Shown piece by piece: positions 21,747 to 34,623 of a stretch of DNA of 62,372 nt. Numbering within the stretch: the stretch's first letter is position 1; each line of letters opens with the position of its first letter. Position numbers and translations under genes: made by a program. The notes below the pieces were generated by a model. That model did not search any database. It saw only the letters and a list, made by a program, of their open reading frames with translations, and was not told the origin of the DNA. The stretch is from Octopus bimaculoides (taxonomy: Eukaryota), in NCBI RefSeq assembly GCF_001194135.2, contig NC_068988.1:42862470-42924841 (forward strand), read 5' to 3'.

Positions 21747-22322
21747 TAACTTTACATAATTAACTTCCTTTTTCTTTTGCAAAACGTTTAAACAGAACGT
21801 TTGTAAAACGCCGTTCGCTGAATGGGGGCGCTAACCTTAAACTGGCTGAGAAGCCCTGTTCTCTAGAGTAACCTTTCGTCTTAGCAAGCCCGTTCACATT
21901 TCTCATGAAATATATTCATGCCTTGGAAATGATGACAGAGCCTGTTTAAGTCACACCAAATGACATGTTATTTTAAACCATCTTATGATTTAAAAAAATG
22001 TAGGTAGTCATCTTAAAGGCAGGGTGGTCTATTTTAATTGCGTCAATATTTTGTCCGATAGTGTGTTGGGTGGTAGTGATAAAGGTAAAAACATCCCATT
22101 TCCCCCGGTTGCTAACGCAAATATGAAATAACTTGCTATTAACTTACTATTGATTACACTTTCTCCTAAGAAAACGAAATCCTATTGTGAAATTCAGTCC
22201 AATGTTATTTAGTATAATGATTGATAAAAATCTGGGAAAGTTTGAGAAAATGACAAATTCTTATTATTATTGTGTAAATTCCGTCACTGTCAAATATAAG
22301 CATCCGCTCACACACGTTATCT

Positions 22323-22360
<38 letters not shown>

Positions 22361-23892
22361 TTCACACACATATACTCGCTCTGTCTGTCTCTCTCTCACA
22401 CACACACGCTCACACATATACATACATCATTGGGTACATTGATTCAATAGAAATACACCTATTACCCAATTGCGTATTATTCACACAAACAATGTGTGCG
22501 CGCGTGTGTGTGTGTGTTTGCTTGTGTAATTAGACGCATAAACACACTTGTTCATGTATATTAATGAAAAACAATGGGGCTTTGTTATTGACAAAGTGTT
22601 TTGAATTCTTTGTTATGAAAAACAGGACGTGTGTGGTGTTTTATTGGTGCGCTAACACACACAGTGTATCATGTTTGTGTGTATGTAACGGCGCGTGTAT
22701 GTGTGTTGTATATGTTTAGTGTATGAATTGGCGGTGGGGTGCTGTTCATAGTTAACTTCGTACCGTGGTATCTGTCATCACCATTTTCTTTTCTGAATCC
22801 AGCTGCAAGATTAGAACACGTTCCCTACATTCCCACCTGCACCCTGTCCTTTATTTCTTAAGTCTACATGACGTCAGATAGAAATGAATGCGCTAAGAAA
22901 TGTGTGGGTTTCGAAATTCTATCATCGGCCTGTATTAACCCTTAAACAATGGGAAAGGGTTACATGAATGTGTGTACCAACCGGGCTAAAATAAAACATA
23001 TATATCTTTTTCTTAAGAGTAATTTTTATACTTTCTTTCATTTTATATCGGTACAAAATCTATAATAATTGTTAGTTTCTCGTACAATAAAATTTGCTAT
23101 CACATTGTCGAAAAGTGCCGTAAAATATTCACTTTTATTTGACGAAGACAGTAGTAGTCTTGTAAAACTTTTGAAACACCAACAGACGATGTCCGCCGTT
23201 TAATGGTTAATTAATCTAACACAGTTTTCTAAACGTGAACAGTAGGTTACAATGGCGGGTCGTGTATAGGAACTATGGAACTGCAGTACTCCTATTTCCA
23301 CTCGATATTATCGATAACATTCAATATAATGAGTCCTTTTTCCTTAATTTTTTTCTTTCTACTTGTACATTATATAATCCTTAAGCTTAATGTTATTAGC
23401 CATCCCCTAGTTTATGAAAAAAAAAACCAAAATCCTTGTATAGAACTGTGCGCTTCAGAGTTCCAGCGACGCGGTGTTTGGCTGTTGTGCGCATGCACAC
23501 ATGTCCGAGATAGGAAGCTTCACTTAGGGAGAGAGAGCACTGCGTGAAAGTGTAGAGAGCACTGTGTGATAAAGTGTAGAATTAGATTATTATCCTGCTT
23601 CCAGCTTCAGTATTGCTACCAGGATTTGGAAAAAGGGCACCCCCTCCATTTTGTGTTTTAGGGGGTATTTTTGAAAAACAAGAGGGAAATCGCGGCGGTG
23701 TTCAGTGAACAAATTAAACACACTACCTGGCAGTGGCTAAAACGTAAACCGATCAAGTTTATGTATAAATTTTCTTTTTATATGTTTGTTTCCTTTTACA
23801 CAAAATTAAAGCATCGGCTAAAAATTTTCTGAAGCAGCACCCCTACTAATTTTATCTAGAAACCGCCACTGGTAGGTTGACTTGATAATATT

Positions 23893-24420
23893 TTCTTTTT
23901 CTACTATAGACACAAGGCTTGGAACTTTGGGGAAGTGTGTAAGTCAATTACATCGACTCCGGTGCTCAACTGGTACTTTCTTTTATCGACCTCGAAATGA
24001 TGAAAAGCAAAGTCGACCTAGGCGGAATTTGAACTCAGAACGCAAAGACTGACGAAATGTCACTAAGCATATTGTTAATTCCGGCGAGGTTGACTGTTCC
24101 TTTCGGGAGTCGATAAAATAAGTACTAGTTGAGCACTGGGGTCGATCTAATAGACTTAATCCACAACACCGAAATTGCTAGCCTTGAGTCAAAATTTAAA
24201 ACTGATATTACTTTTGTTGTCAAGGTGGTCAGCAAAATGCTTAGCGGCATTTCGACTGTCTTTACTTCTGAGTTCAAATTCCGCCAAAGTCAGCTTTGCC
24301 TTTTATTCTTTCAGGGTCGATAAAATAAGTACCAGCTGAGCACTGAGATCGATTTAATCGACTTACTCCTTCACCTAAATTTGCTGTCAAATTTCTGTTA
24401 AAATTTGAAACCGGTATTAA
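23893..24420. mobile_element. Cluster of three SINE-C copies (one minus, two plus, head-to-head)
   Basis: ~23893-24072 (-), ~24076-24200 (+), ~24222-24420 (+). Confidence 0.75.
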
Positions 24421-25591
24421 TATTGCTGTTTATTCCCGGGTTAAAACGTGATTAAAAAAGACCTATGACTGAAACCGTTCCAAACATAACAATACCATTA
24501 TTTTTATAGACAGTGCACCTAAGATCACAGTATGTAACATGAACTTTATATAAAACGGCAAGATAAAATTTGAGAAAAAGTCTGCATGGTCGCTCGATCT
24601 GCTAGAAATAGCAAGTCGAGCACGCAGAATTTTTCTCATTAATTTATATGAATAGTTTTGCTACTGCTACCGTTGCTGTTGTAGATAACGCTCTTCTTGA
24701 TTGTGACGTTGTGGTAGTGGTGGTGGTGGTGGTGGTGTAACTAAAGCTAAAAGCACTTAAATTCGCCTTTAACGCGGATGTCGCTTATCTACACGGATAT
24801 AACGTTTCAAACGCTTGCAATCTAGCCACAGGTCTCGATAGCAACACCGGATATTTCAGGCATTTGTCCGTTCTTTGACAACTCTTAGCTAGATGGCAAT
24901 GAGAAAGAGCATGTGGAATGTTGCGTGGTATTAAAGATACAAGAACCTTGTTGATGTAGTGTAAGGTGGTGCAAGGAAGACTATTTAGTGAGTTGTAGTA
25001 TAGTAATGGAGACAGTGTAGTGGTGGTGTTGGTTTTGAGTGTCAGTGCGTGGTAATGGAGACGCGTATTTTGAAGGTGGTGGTATAGTAGAGCGGTAGCG
25101 CAGACAGTGTGGTGGTGAATTAGTGCGATAGTGTAGGCATAGTTTGGTAGTGCAGGTATAGTGTAGTAGTAGAAACTGCTGTAGTGACGAGATGAAGTAT
25201 TAACAGAGACATAGTGTGGTGGTGGTGGTGGCATTGATGTAGTAGTATAGTTGTGGATTAGTCTAGTAATGGCGTCTGCGTGGTTGTTTAATGGCGTAGC
25301 CAGCTTCCATGAACATTTTATCGAGCTTCCGAGATGATGAGAGAGAGTAGAAAAGAAACTAGGCTTTGGTCCTTATGCTTGCAACAATTTATACTTTGCT
25401 GAAGGCACCTAGGAGTTATGTGGTGGTAAACCAAGAGACAAGGCTAAATGAAGTTATGATGTCAATGTTTTTGCCTTAACTGAATTTGTTGTATTGAAGC
25501 TGGGGGATAAAATGCAGCGGCGATCGCGTCAGGATTTGAAATCTGACTCGTAAAAGTATGGGAGTTGAACAAGACCAAATGAAAGCATATT

Positions 25592-25607
25592 GCGCGCGCG
25601 CGCGCGC
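25592..25607. repeat. (GC)8 alternating run
   Basis: GCGCGCGCGCGCGCGC directly visible. Confidence 0.98.
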
Positions 25608-26178
25608 CATGGAGTATTTGTCCAATGCTCTTGTGTGACTGGGTTACGCTCATTGGATGTAATGTGTGAGTGAGGGTTATTTGTGTGGAGTATAATGTGG
25701 AATTTATGGCATGTTGTATGAGTCACAGTATGGCTGTCAGTACTTAAGTGTTGTGTGGATGTAAGGAAATGTGTCAACTGCTGCGTGACTGCAAAGGAAT
25801 GTTCCGTGCCATGTAGCGTGGATTTGAAAATCTCGTGTAAGGTGTAAGGAAGATAGCCAGGGCTTATCTCATACAATTTAGTGAGGCATTCGGAGTATGT
25901 TACATGCGGTGAAGTAAATTTGTCATGACGTACCTCACCTGCTTTGCTATCAAGTCTACCTAATTGTAAATAGATACCAGAGGCTTGCATAACTGGCCGC
26001 TACACGTAGAAGCAACGTCGCCACCTTCATGTTCATGTGTGGATTTAAACCATTGTCATTATGTTAGCAGTGTAAACTAATAAACTATTCTAAACGGACA
26101 CAACCACTAGAACTGACAAATCAATCTTAACTCAACCGTTATGGATCCACTGCTGGATGCAGTTTCATTACGTATTCT

Positions 26179-26520
26179 GATTGTAGGCTCACTTGTCTAT
26201 CTTGATGGGTTATTTATGCTATTGTAGGGCTACCAGTTAATGTTACTGGTTTATCAATGCTGGCTTACCTATACTCAATTTCCGGAATACATCTCTGTCT
26301 TATTGGCTTATTTAAGCTGATTATTAGCCTACGTGTTCATAGTGCTGGCTTATCTACACTGATTGTAGGTCTACCTAGCCATGCTGTCGAATTATCTATG
26401 TTAGTTGTAGACCTAGCTTTCTATGTTGCTAACACGCCGATTGTAGGCCTACTTGTCCATGTTGCTGGTTCATCTATGCTGGATTATATTAATTTGATTT
26501 AAGCCTACCTGTTTATGCTG
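26179..26520. repeat. Decayed 42-bp minisatellite (~7-8 units)
   Basis: Units at 26179, 26221, 26319, 26361, 26403 and 26439; consensus ~GATTGTAGGCCTACTTGTCCATGTTGCTGGTTCATCTATGCT. Confidence 0.75.
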
Positions 26521-27664
26521 GCAAGTTGTTGGTTACAAGTGGGCTCCTGAGATTGGGTGATTAGCTCTGGCTATCGGCATCTAGATGGCATTTGGATTCA
26601 GAACTGAAAGTGTCGGAACGCATATTGCAAAACGTCTTGCATTTCATTAGTTCTGCGAAGCCACTGCCCCGGACTGGCAAAAGCGTCTTCGGTAGAATTT
26701 GAACTCAAAATTCAGACAGCCGGAACGAATAACGAACAACGTTCTATTCGATGCTCTTAGAATTGCCAAATCACCGCTTACTCATTAATTAATCACAACC
26801 ATCACGACTGTTTTCCATGAGCACTATAAACCCCACATCTATGTCAGGCCTATCAAGGGAGGCTCTACTAGAAATAGGGATAAAAATTACTTGTAAATCA
26901 AACCACATCTGAAAGAAGGAAAAATGATTAATGTAGCACTTGATACCTTTTCTGAAGGAAAAATGGAATGGTCACGGCTGGAACACATTTGATCATTGAT
27001 TTCCATGATGAGGTCAGGTTTAGACTTGAACCACATCTCTGTCTCAAACAGCACCACGAACAACAAGCAGACTACGTGGCCATACTGTGATTGTCCGACC
27101 GGCTAAAATGAAAATAAATGTAGTGATGACAGTTGGAACACATTTGATCATAGTCCTTATAATGGCTAACCTGGGGCTAAACTACCACTAACACAACTAC
27201 ACTTACAATCAAGGGGAAAAGGAAAATAAGATTACCGGTCTGTGTGTGATTTGAATTATTGATATATATTGCGGGAAATGTTCTGTTTATGAGAGACGCT
27301 ACTGTGGATTGGATGCAGATGAATGGTGACAGTAGATCTAATGATGAAAACATTTCAGCCATCACCATCATTGTTCAAATTGTTTTCTGCCTTGTTTAGG
27401 ACAGTTGGGAGCGGTTTCAGAGAAAATTTAACTTCTTTTCTCTTAGCAGTCTAAGCGAACACGCTGGGGCTCAAACATGCGCTCGTCAGAGTCGTGCATG
27501 TGCTGGGGGTAAAATCACAATATGGCTTGTGTTTTCCAAAGTTATTGTAGTGCTGTGAGTCGTTTAAGGTAAATCTTAATATAGTGTGTTGTCAGCAATA
27601 TTGTAGTGGTGGTTGAGGATCGTTGAGAGTAAATAACATCGTGATGTGCATGTTTTCTTTAATC

Positions 27665-27975
27665 TGTTTTGTTTGTTTCAGTTATTAGACCACCGCGATG
27701 CAGGGGCACTGTCTTGAAAAATTTTAGTCGAACGAATCGACTCTCATACTTATTTACGGGGACATAAACACACCAATATTGGTTGTCAAGCAGTGGTAGG
27801 ACACACGCATATAAACGATGGGCTTCAGTTTCCGTCTACCGAATTCCCCGACAAGGCTTTGTTTGGCCCATGGTTAGTGTAAAAGATACTTGCCCAAGGT
27901 GCCAAACAGTGGGACTGAACTCAGAACCATGTGGTTAAGAAGCAAACTTCTTATCATATAGCCACGCCTACGCCT
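27665..27975 (-). mobile_element. SINE-B copy
   Basis: Reverse complement of the 46525-46860 family. Confidence 0.8.
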
Positions 27976-28132
27976 GTATTGTTAGAAATAGTTTATTAGT
28001 GGTATTGGTAACGTTGGAACGGAGATATAATATATCTTTTGGGATGGGTTGTATGGTTTTGCAAAGTTTTACATTTCAAACACATTCAATATAAGAGGGA
28101 TGACAAAGGAATAAAAGATTATGAACTTCATT

Positions 28133-28213
28133 AACTTACGGTCGTTTCTGCTATAAGATGCAGTGGACTCAAAGTTGAGTGCCTGAATAACACTTTAAAG
28201 CTTCATCGGAGAC
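28133..28213 (-). ncRNA. Hammerhead-ribozyme-like motif (more decayed arm)
   Basis: GTCT-CCGATGA-A-stem II-A-GAAA-C-GACC-G-TA-AGTT. Confidence 0.45.
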
Positions 28214-28344
28214 TCGAATATGAAGTACTATTTATTTGGTAAAGAATTACATTTGTGCTTACATAGGGAACGGTATCAACAACATTATTCTCTACATAGG
28301 CACAAATGTAATTCTTTCCCAAATAAATTACACTCCGTATTTGA

Positions 28345-28425
28345 AGCTCCGATGAAGCTATAAGGTGTTATTCAGGCACTCAACTATGAGTCCATTGCAT
28401 CTTATAGCAGAAACAGTTGTAAGCT
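28345..28425 (+). ncRNA. Type I hammerhead-ribozyme-like motif, minimal stem III, U4C core variant
   Basis: Stem I AGCT/AGCT; core CCGATGA; 11-bp stem II GCTATAAGGTG/CATCTTATAGC; GAAA; C-AGTT-G stem III; GUA cleavage triplet ending at 28421. Confidence 0.6.
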
Positions 28426-28574
28426 AATGATGTTCATAAGATAATCTTTTTATTCTCTTATCTCTCTCTTATTACTGTTCTGTACTCAATCAACACTTCG
28501 TTCTGAAACACGTATATGGAGTTCTACATCGGGTTATCGGTCTCTCAATGCCTAAGCGAAAATTTGCACACACA

Positions 28575-28612
<38 letters not shown>

Positions 28613-28713
28613 AGGATGGCTGTATGGTCAAAAATGACAGTGGAGTGGTGTACGATCAACATTGGCTGAATGAGATTACCAGCAACTGTTAAGTGAAGAA
28701 TTATACGCTTAGT

Positions 28714-29101
28714 GGAGGCGCAATGGCCCAGTGATTAGGGCAGCGGATTCGCGGTCATAGGATCGCGGTTTTGATTCCCAGACCGAGCGTTGTGAGTGTT
28801 TTTTGAGCGAAATCATCAAAAGCTCCACGAAGCTCCAGCAGGGAATGGTGGCGAACCCTGCTGTACTCTTCCACCACAACTTTCTCTCACTCTTACTTCC
28901 TGTTTCTGTTGTGCCTGTAATTCAAAGGGTCAGCCTTGTCACACTGTGTCACGCTGATTATCCCCGAGAACTACGTTAAGGGTACACGTGTCTGTGGAGT
29001 GCTCAGCCACTTGCACGTTAATTTCACGAGCAGGCTGTTCCGTTGATCGGATCAACTGGAACCCTCGACGTCGTAAGCGACGGAGTGCCAACAACAACAA
29101 A
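28714..29101 (+). mobile_element. Full-length young SINE-A
   Basis: tRNA-like A/B boxes, (AAC)n tail, exact 11-bp TSD ATACGCTTAGT. Confidence 0.95.
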
Positions 29102-30265
29102 ATACGCTTAGTAATTATTGAGTTACATATTTTTATGAATCTAGGTTCAAATCATAACGAAGTCGACTTTGAAATTTATGTCTCTGTGTTGATAATTAAA
29201 TACCGAGATCAATATAATCAACCATTCTCCTGTATAAAATGTGTAGCACTATGCTTCTGTTAGAAATTCTTGTGTGGTTGTTGCTGTCATTTAGCTGTTG
29301 TAAGACCTAATCGAGCAGACTCGCAATCAAAGCCATCCCTGCCGTGACCTACCAAGTCTATTACTTGTGCGCAGTGGACCCAGAACATTATCCAATGTGA
29401 TCTTTTTTAATGCAGCTGATATGAGGATTAACTAGACTATAATTTCTAGAAAAGACTATCATTGGCACGATCAATGAAAATAAGGCAATTCTACAAGAGT
29501 ATTTTCATGTTGCGGATTATCCATAATTCTTCGCAGTTTGGTGGGGCACTATTGTAATGTACCCTATACATACTGATGATAGGTGTTCAGATTCGTTCTT
29601 TATCTATTAGCAATTTAGCTATTTCAGTTGTGTACTTGGAATTATAATTGTTTAGTGTAGCACTAAATATTGTTTCGTGCATATTGATGGATGCTGTTCG
29701 CTATTAACCATTATCCTTTATTAACGTCGCTATATCAGCTGGGACTGTTTATGTTGGCAGTTTTTCTTCATTACGTATCTCAGATATCTATCTTGTTATA
29801 TGTCAACACTTGATGAATGTGTGTTTGTATATGTGTACGAATTCGTGTGTGTGTGTGTGTGTGTGTGTATATAGATATGCGCGTCTTTGCTGGTATGAAT
29901 ATACGTGCGTATATGTGGGTGAATGTGTATTTTGTGAATTTCGGAGGCGTTAAAATCAATAGTAACAATTACCTTCGACTTTAGAAAACCACCGTCGATT
30001 ATTTTCGTTTACACTACCGCTGCTACTTCCAATACTACAGCATCGGAGTTTCGGCACGGTCACGTTAATCGACCCAAGTTTATTTCTGTTGCGGATTTTA
30101 ATCACTATTGAAGTGATAAACTGAATCCTGTGAGATTTGAAATTATGACTTGCCAGAGAGATTAGGGCAATTACCCCTTGACCTTTTATTTTTTAAGGGC
30201 TACGGGGATGGTGAGAAAAAGAAAAGAGATTATCTTCAAATAAAAAAAAAATAAATAAAATAATT

Positions 30266-30583
30266 GGCTGGCACTCCATCGGTTACGACGATAAAGATTC
30301 TGTTGGATCCGATCAACAGAATAGACTGCTTGTGAAATTAACGAGCAAGTGGTTGAACATTCCACAGATACGCGTACCCATAACATACTTCTCAGAGAGA
30401 TTTAGCGTAACACAGAAAGTGACAAGGCTGGCCCTTTGAAATACAGGTACTACTTATTTTTGAGTGGACTGGAGCAACGTGAAAGACATACACTTGCTCA
30501 AGGATACACTGCGCTACTGGGAATCGAACTCCCGATCTTACGGTCGTGAGCCGAATATCCCTAACCACTAAGCCATGTGCCTT
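30266..30583 (-). mobile_element. SINE-A2 copy
   Basis: Reverse complement of the 5215/49534 family. Confidence 0.8.
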
Positions 30584-31520
30584 GAGTGAATTAAGTCTAC
30601 CTCCTAAGAATCGAAAACGCGATGTACCAGATCAAATACCGCAAATTAATTCGTCAGACCTACTGACAGTTCCGAACTATCGTCCCAGACTTGCTATTGT
30701 ATTATATCGACTTCAAAACGATGAATGGTAAAACAGACCTCATCAGGATTTGAAATTAGAACGCAGAGATATGGAACAAATACTGCAAGGCATAAAAATT
30801 ATATAACGATGAAGAATTAAAATATGTCTATAAAAATAGCAGCTCAAATAAAGCCCTGCAGTCTAACTATCAAATACCCGACGCTAAATATCTGAAGTAT
30901 AATATAGTGGGGTAAAATTCATTTCCAACTAGACAGAAGTGGCATTAACTGATGTGTGTTCCGTTAGATTGCAGAACTGGTTAAAGATATCTCTGTATTC
31001 AAGATAAAAATGGGCTCTAATATGAAGGGCTTCCGGATTTTTTTTTTTGTGGTTTAGTCAAACAGGACGACAACGTCTATGACCTTTTTCAGGGCGGGAA
31101 AAATGCTTGAAATAAATTGTTAAACCAAGCAAAATGTTAAGACTACTACTACCTAAGATCAAGAACAATCCACGAGACACACTTTCGGGCCGTTTGCATC
31201 TGCTAAATTTTACCCACGGGCTTTAGTCAATCCGATGTTATAAAGCAGAGCAGTCGGGTCGAACCCGAAATCACGAAGTTGCAAAACCAACTTCTTAATT
31301 ACACACCCATGACTTAGACTGTTGGGTTAGTACACTTGATTAGATGCCTTGTAGTTTTTAGTCTCTATGGTCTCAGCTAAAAATTTACTGGGTCAACTCT
31401 CGTTTCATTTCCACGAAGCTGATTAAACTATTGTGGTTTAGTTCCAAGCCAGATCTGATGTAGCAAATCTATTGTCAAAAGCGTTCCAACCATGAATATC
31501 TCACATTTCTCCAGAATATT

Positions 31521-31733
31521 CTTTTCTACTTTTGGTACAAGGCCCGAAATGTTTTGGGAGGAGGCCAGTCGATTAGATCTACCCCAGTACGCAACTGGTA
31601 CTTAAATTATCGACTCCGAGAGGATGAAAGGCAAAGTCGACCTTGGCGGAATTTGAACTCAGAACGTAGAGAGACGAAATACCGCTTAGCATTTCACCCG
31701 ACGTGCTAACGTTTCTGCCAGCTCGCCATCACC
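31521..31733 (-). mobile_element. Full-length SINE-C
   Basis: Exact 15-bp TSD TTTCTCCAGAATATT (31506-31520 / 31734-31748). Confidence 0.95.
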
Positions 31734-32592
31734 TTTCTCCAGAATATTATTCAATGAATCCTTTTCTAAGACAGCAAGGTGTTTTCTTTTCGGTTGGGGG
31801 AAGAGAGATTTGGTTGCTATTTCTAGCATTTCCACCCGAAGATATACACATGCAGATGTCAAAGATAGAATCTCCCTACCACAGCGTATTACCAACGCTT
31901 TGCCCACCTTTGACCATAGATTTGCTGAATGTGGGTTGAGCTACGACTAGAATGTTATCAATGTGCATAGAGATCTTTTAATTCCTCACTGAAATACAAT
32001 CGTATAATTGATGTAGCGATTATTATTATTACTATTTTTTTAGGTGGAGTTGTCGCCTGACAGTATTTAGTTTCGTTCTAGTTTATGCTCTCAGTTGAAA
32101 CCCCGCTGGACTCGACTTCTTATCACTCGGGAGTCGATAGATAGATTGTGCAACAAATCGACTACACTGTTCTGTCAGAAATATATGCATTAATACCAAC
32201 GTGAGAAATCTTTATCACGGGATGGAATAGATCGGTTGGATAATGACCAAATGCATCATCCTATTTAGTCACGTCCCCTATCTGCTTTGAATTGAATTCC
32301 CGGCGAATTTGACTTTAATATTTCATCTTCCCAAGGCCTGTAAAACATGTAAAAAAAACAAACAAAAGATGGTGTCAATCAACAATACCCTCTCTAACAG
32401 TTTGCATACTTGCAACAATGTTATAAATTATAATAAATAACATTGAGAGCAGTGGAAGGCAGCGACCTTCGGGGTTCGATTAAATAAGTACCAGCTGAGC
32501 ACTGAGATCGATGTAATCAACTTATGCTCCACCCTCTCCCGACATTGTTGGTCTTGTGCTAAAATTTGAAACCAATATTATTAAGAGCAGTG

Positions 32593-32808
32593 AAAGTGGT
32601 AAGCTGGAGGAATCGTTTGCCCGACAGGAGAAATGCTTAGCAGCATTTCGTCCTTTTTTATGTTCCGAGTTCAAATTCTGCCGAGGTCGACTTTGGCTTT
32701 CGTCCTTTCGGAGTCGATAGAATAAGTATCAGTCGAGTACTAGGGTCGATGTAATCGGTTACACCCTTCCCCACAAATTTCAGTCCTTGTGTCTATAACA
32801 GAAAGAAT
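32593..32808 (+). mobile_element. SINE-C copy
   Basis: Head AAGTGGTAAGCTGG, B-box GAGTTCAAATTC. Confidence 0.85.
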
Positions 32809-34246
32809 TATTATTTCTGAGGAATGGATTACGTTTTTGTTTTGGCTTTGATGAAGCAAAGCTATAGAGAAAAGTTTTCCAACTCTACACTCGCGCCATC
32901 ATTTTAATATCAGTGTATCCAAGACTGCTTTATCCATGCTCTTTTAACATGTCAGGTGACCACATAAACATAATGGTTGATTACATTAACATCAGTCGTA
33001 TATTGGGATCAATTCACCTGATTGTACCTAACCCTGCGAATGTGAGATCTTGTAGCAATTTATTATATATATTAATTATAATTAATAATAAAAACTGCAT
33101 ATCATTATAAATATAAGTAGTCAATTGATAGACAAACTATTATAAAATATATTCCGGCGATGAACATCCCATCTTTTTCTCCTATAGAGCAACGAATAAA
33201 ATGACTTGTGATATTTGTTCCGGTTCCCTATGCGCTAAGATCAAATCCCGTCGAAGTTACTTTTGGTCTATATCTTTACGGAGTTGATAAAGCAGCCGCT
33301 TCACTCTCCTACTAGATGGGCAAATTGCTAGAGCGTTGGGTTACTGTTCCCGTGATTGGCGTTCGGGCAGCAACACCGGTGACGATTCTGTTAAAAAACT
33401 GTATCAGCGCTTTCCTTCCCATTGGACGTCATTAGTGACATGAAGACACGTATGCTTGTCTCCATTACATAAAATATAGTTGCACACGACTGTGCCTCGA
33501 AGAACAAACGGAGATATCGGGTTCCAAGCGCCAGCAAAATAGCCTCTATGAGTTCACTCAACCTGCTAGAAATAACAGCCAAATGACGTTGAAATCACAA
33601 TTTTTAATTTTAAAAGAAAAGGTAAAGCATATTGGATTATATAATCTTGGATATACACTGGAAGGAAAATACGAGATTGTCATAGTTGGTATCTCCTTTG
33701 ATTGTTAGCTAAATCTACTCCACCGGGTTTGATCTAAAAACTTAACAAGTGTAATATGATACAACTTCTGCTCCGAAAATTAATTTCTCAGTTATAAACG
33801 TAAGAAATTAGAAACTTGATAACTGAAGGATCTTAATTTCAATCGACAGTCGTGTTTGATAGTTATTTTCCTTTGTTATTTATTGCTAAAATCTACTTTT
33901 ATAGATTATAGATGGGATAGTTAAGGTAGGAACATCTTTGATCGTGTAAGTCTTCTCGGTCTAACCTAAAGAAATTCCAGTCACAAGGCAATGGTAAACT
34001 CCAGGTTACAGAAGACATATTTTTGTGAGTTTCTATTATTCTTTGATGTGTACAACTATTAGCGATATTAACTCCAACAGTTTTCAATAGATTGAAAATG
34101 AAAATAAACGAAAACCCAATGGATCCATGTTTCTGGGTACAAACGACGCAACTTGGTGTAACCTTTCCACATCAGAGAGAGAACCAAACTACATTGAAAA
34201 AGGCCGTTGTAAACGGTTGAGAGTCCTGATATACAAGGCGATCTTT

Positions 34247-34491
34247 CTCCTCCTCCTCACCACCATCACTACCACCAATCTTGCGCCAGCGTTAAGTTAT
34301 TGCTATTCCTTTTCTCTCAAAACTGGTGCAGTATTTGATTAAATGGAAATGCGGTGAAGTTGGAAGAGTGTAATTTAATTGAATCTTTTCATTTACTTTT
34401 GGACATCAAATCCTGCTGGGGGGTTGACTTTGTCTCTAATTCCTTTAGGGACGATAAAACAAAAGCTGGTACTAAACAAGGACTTATTAAG
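34247..34491 (+). repeat. Left arm of a 245-bp inverted duplication
   Basis: Reverse complement of 37827-38072, about 8 differences counted by eye. Confidence 0.95.
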
Positions 34492-34623
34492 TACGAAATA
34501 TCGGCCTTTTCCGTAAAAAGTGTTGGAAGAAAAGAAGGAAACGACGTCGTAAAAGCGAAAGAGATACAGAGAGCGCGATTTCTTTTGAAGGGGTTACGGT
34601 TAGGGTTTTAGGGTTAGGGAATT

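Larger units (their letters stand above)
28091..28460. mobile_element. Palindromic element, probably inverted Penelope-like pseudo-LTRs
   Basis: Arms 28109-28270 and 28288-28455 are clear reverse complements around a 17-nt spacer; each carries a hammerhead-like motif. Confidence 0.75.

Noticed and set aside
25500-25560. 2A-like GDxExNPGP motif in SQISNPD (minus strand)
   Set aside because: Too degenerate; lacks D, E and the terminal GP.
28714-28790. tRNA genes at SINE heads (also 49123, 5215, 21746)
   Set aside because: They have A/B boxes but no full cloverleaf and continue into SINE bodies with tails and TSDs.
34590-34619. Interstitial telomere or fusion site
   Set aside because: Only about four degenerate units, adjacent to a repeat element; more likely element-borne.
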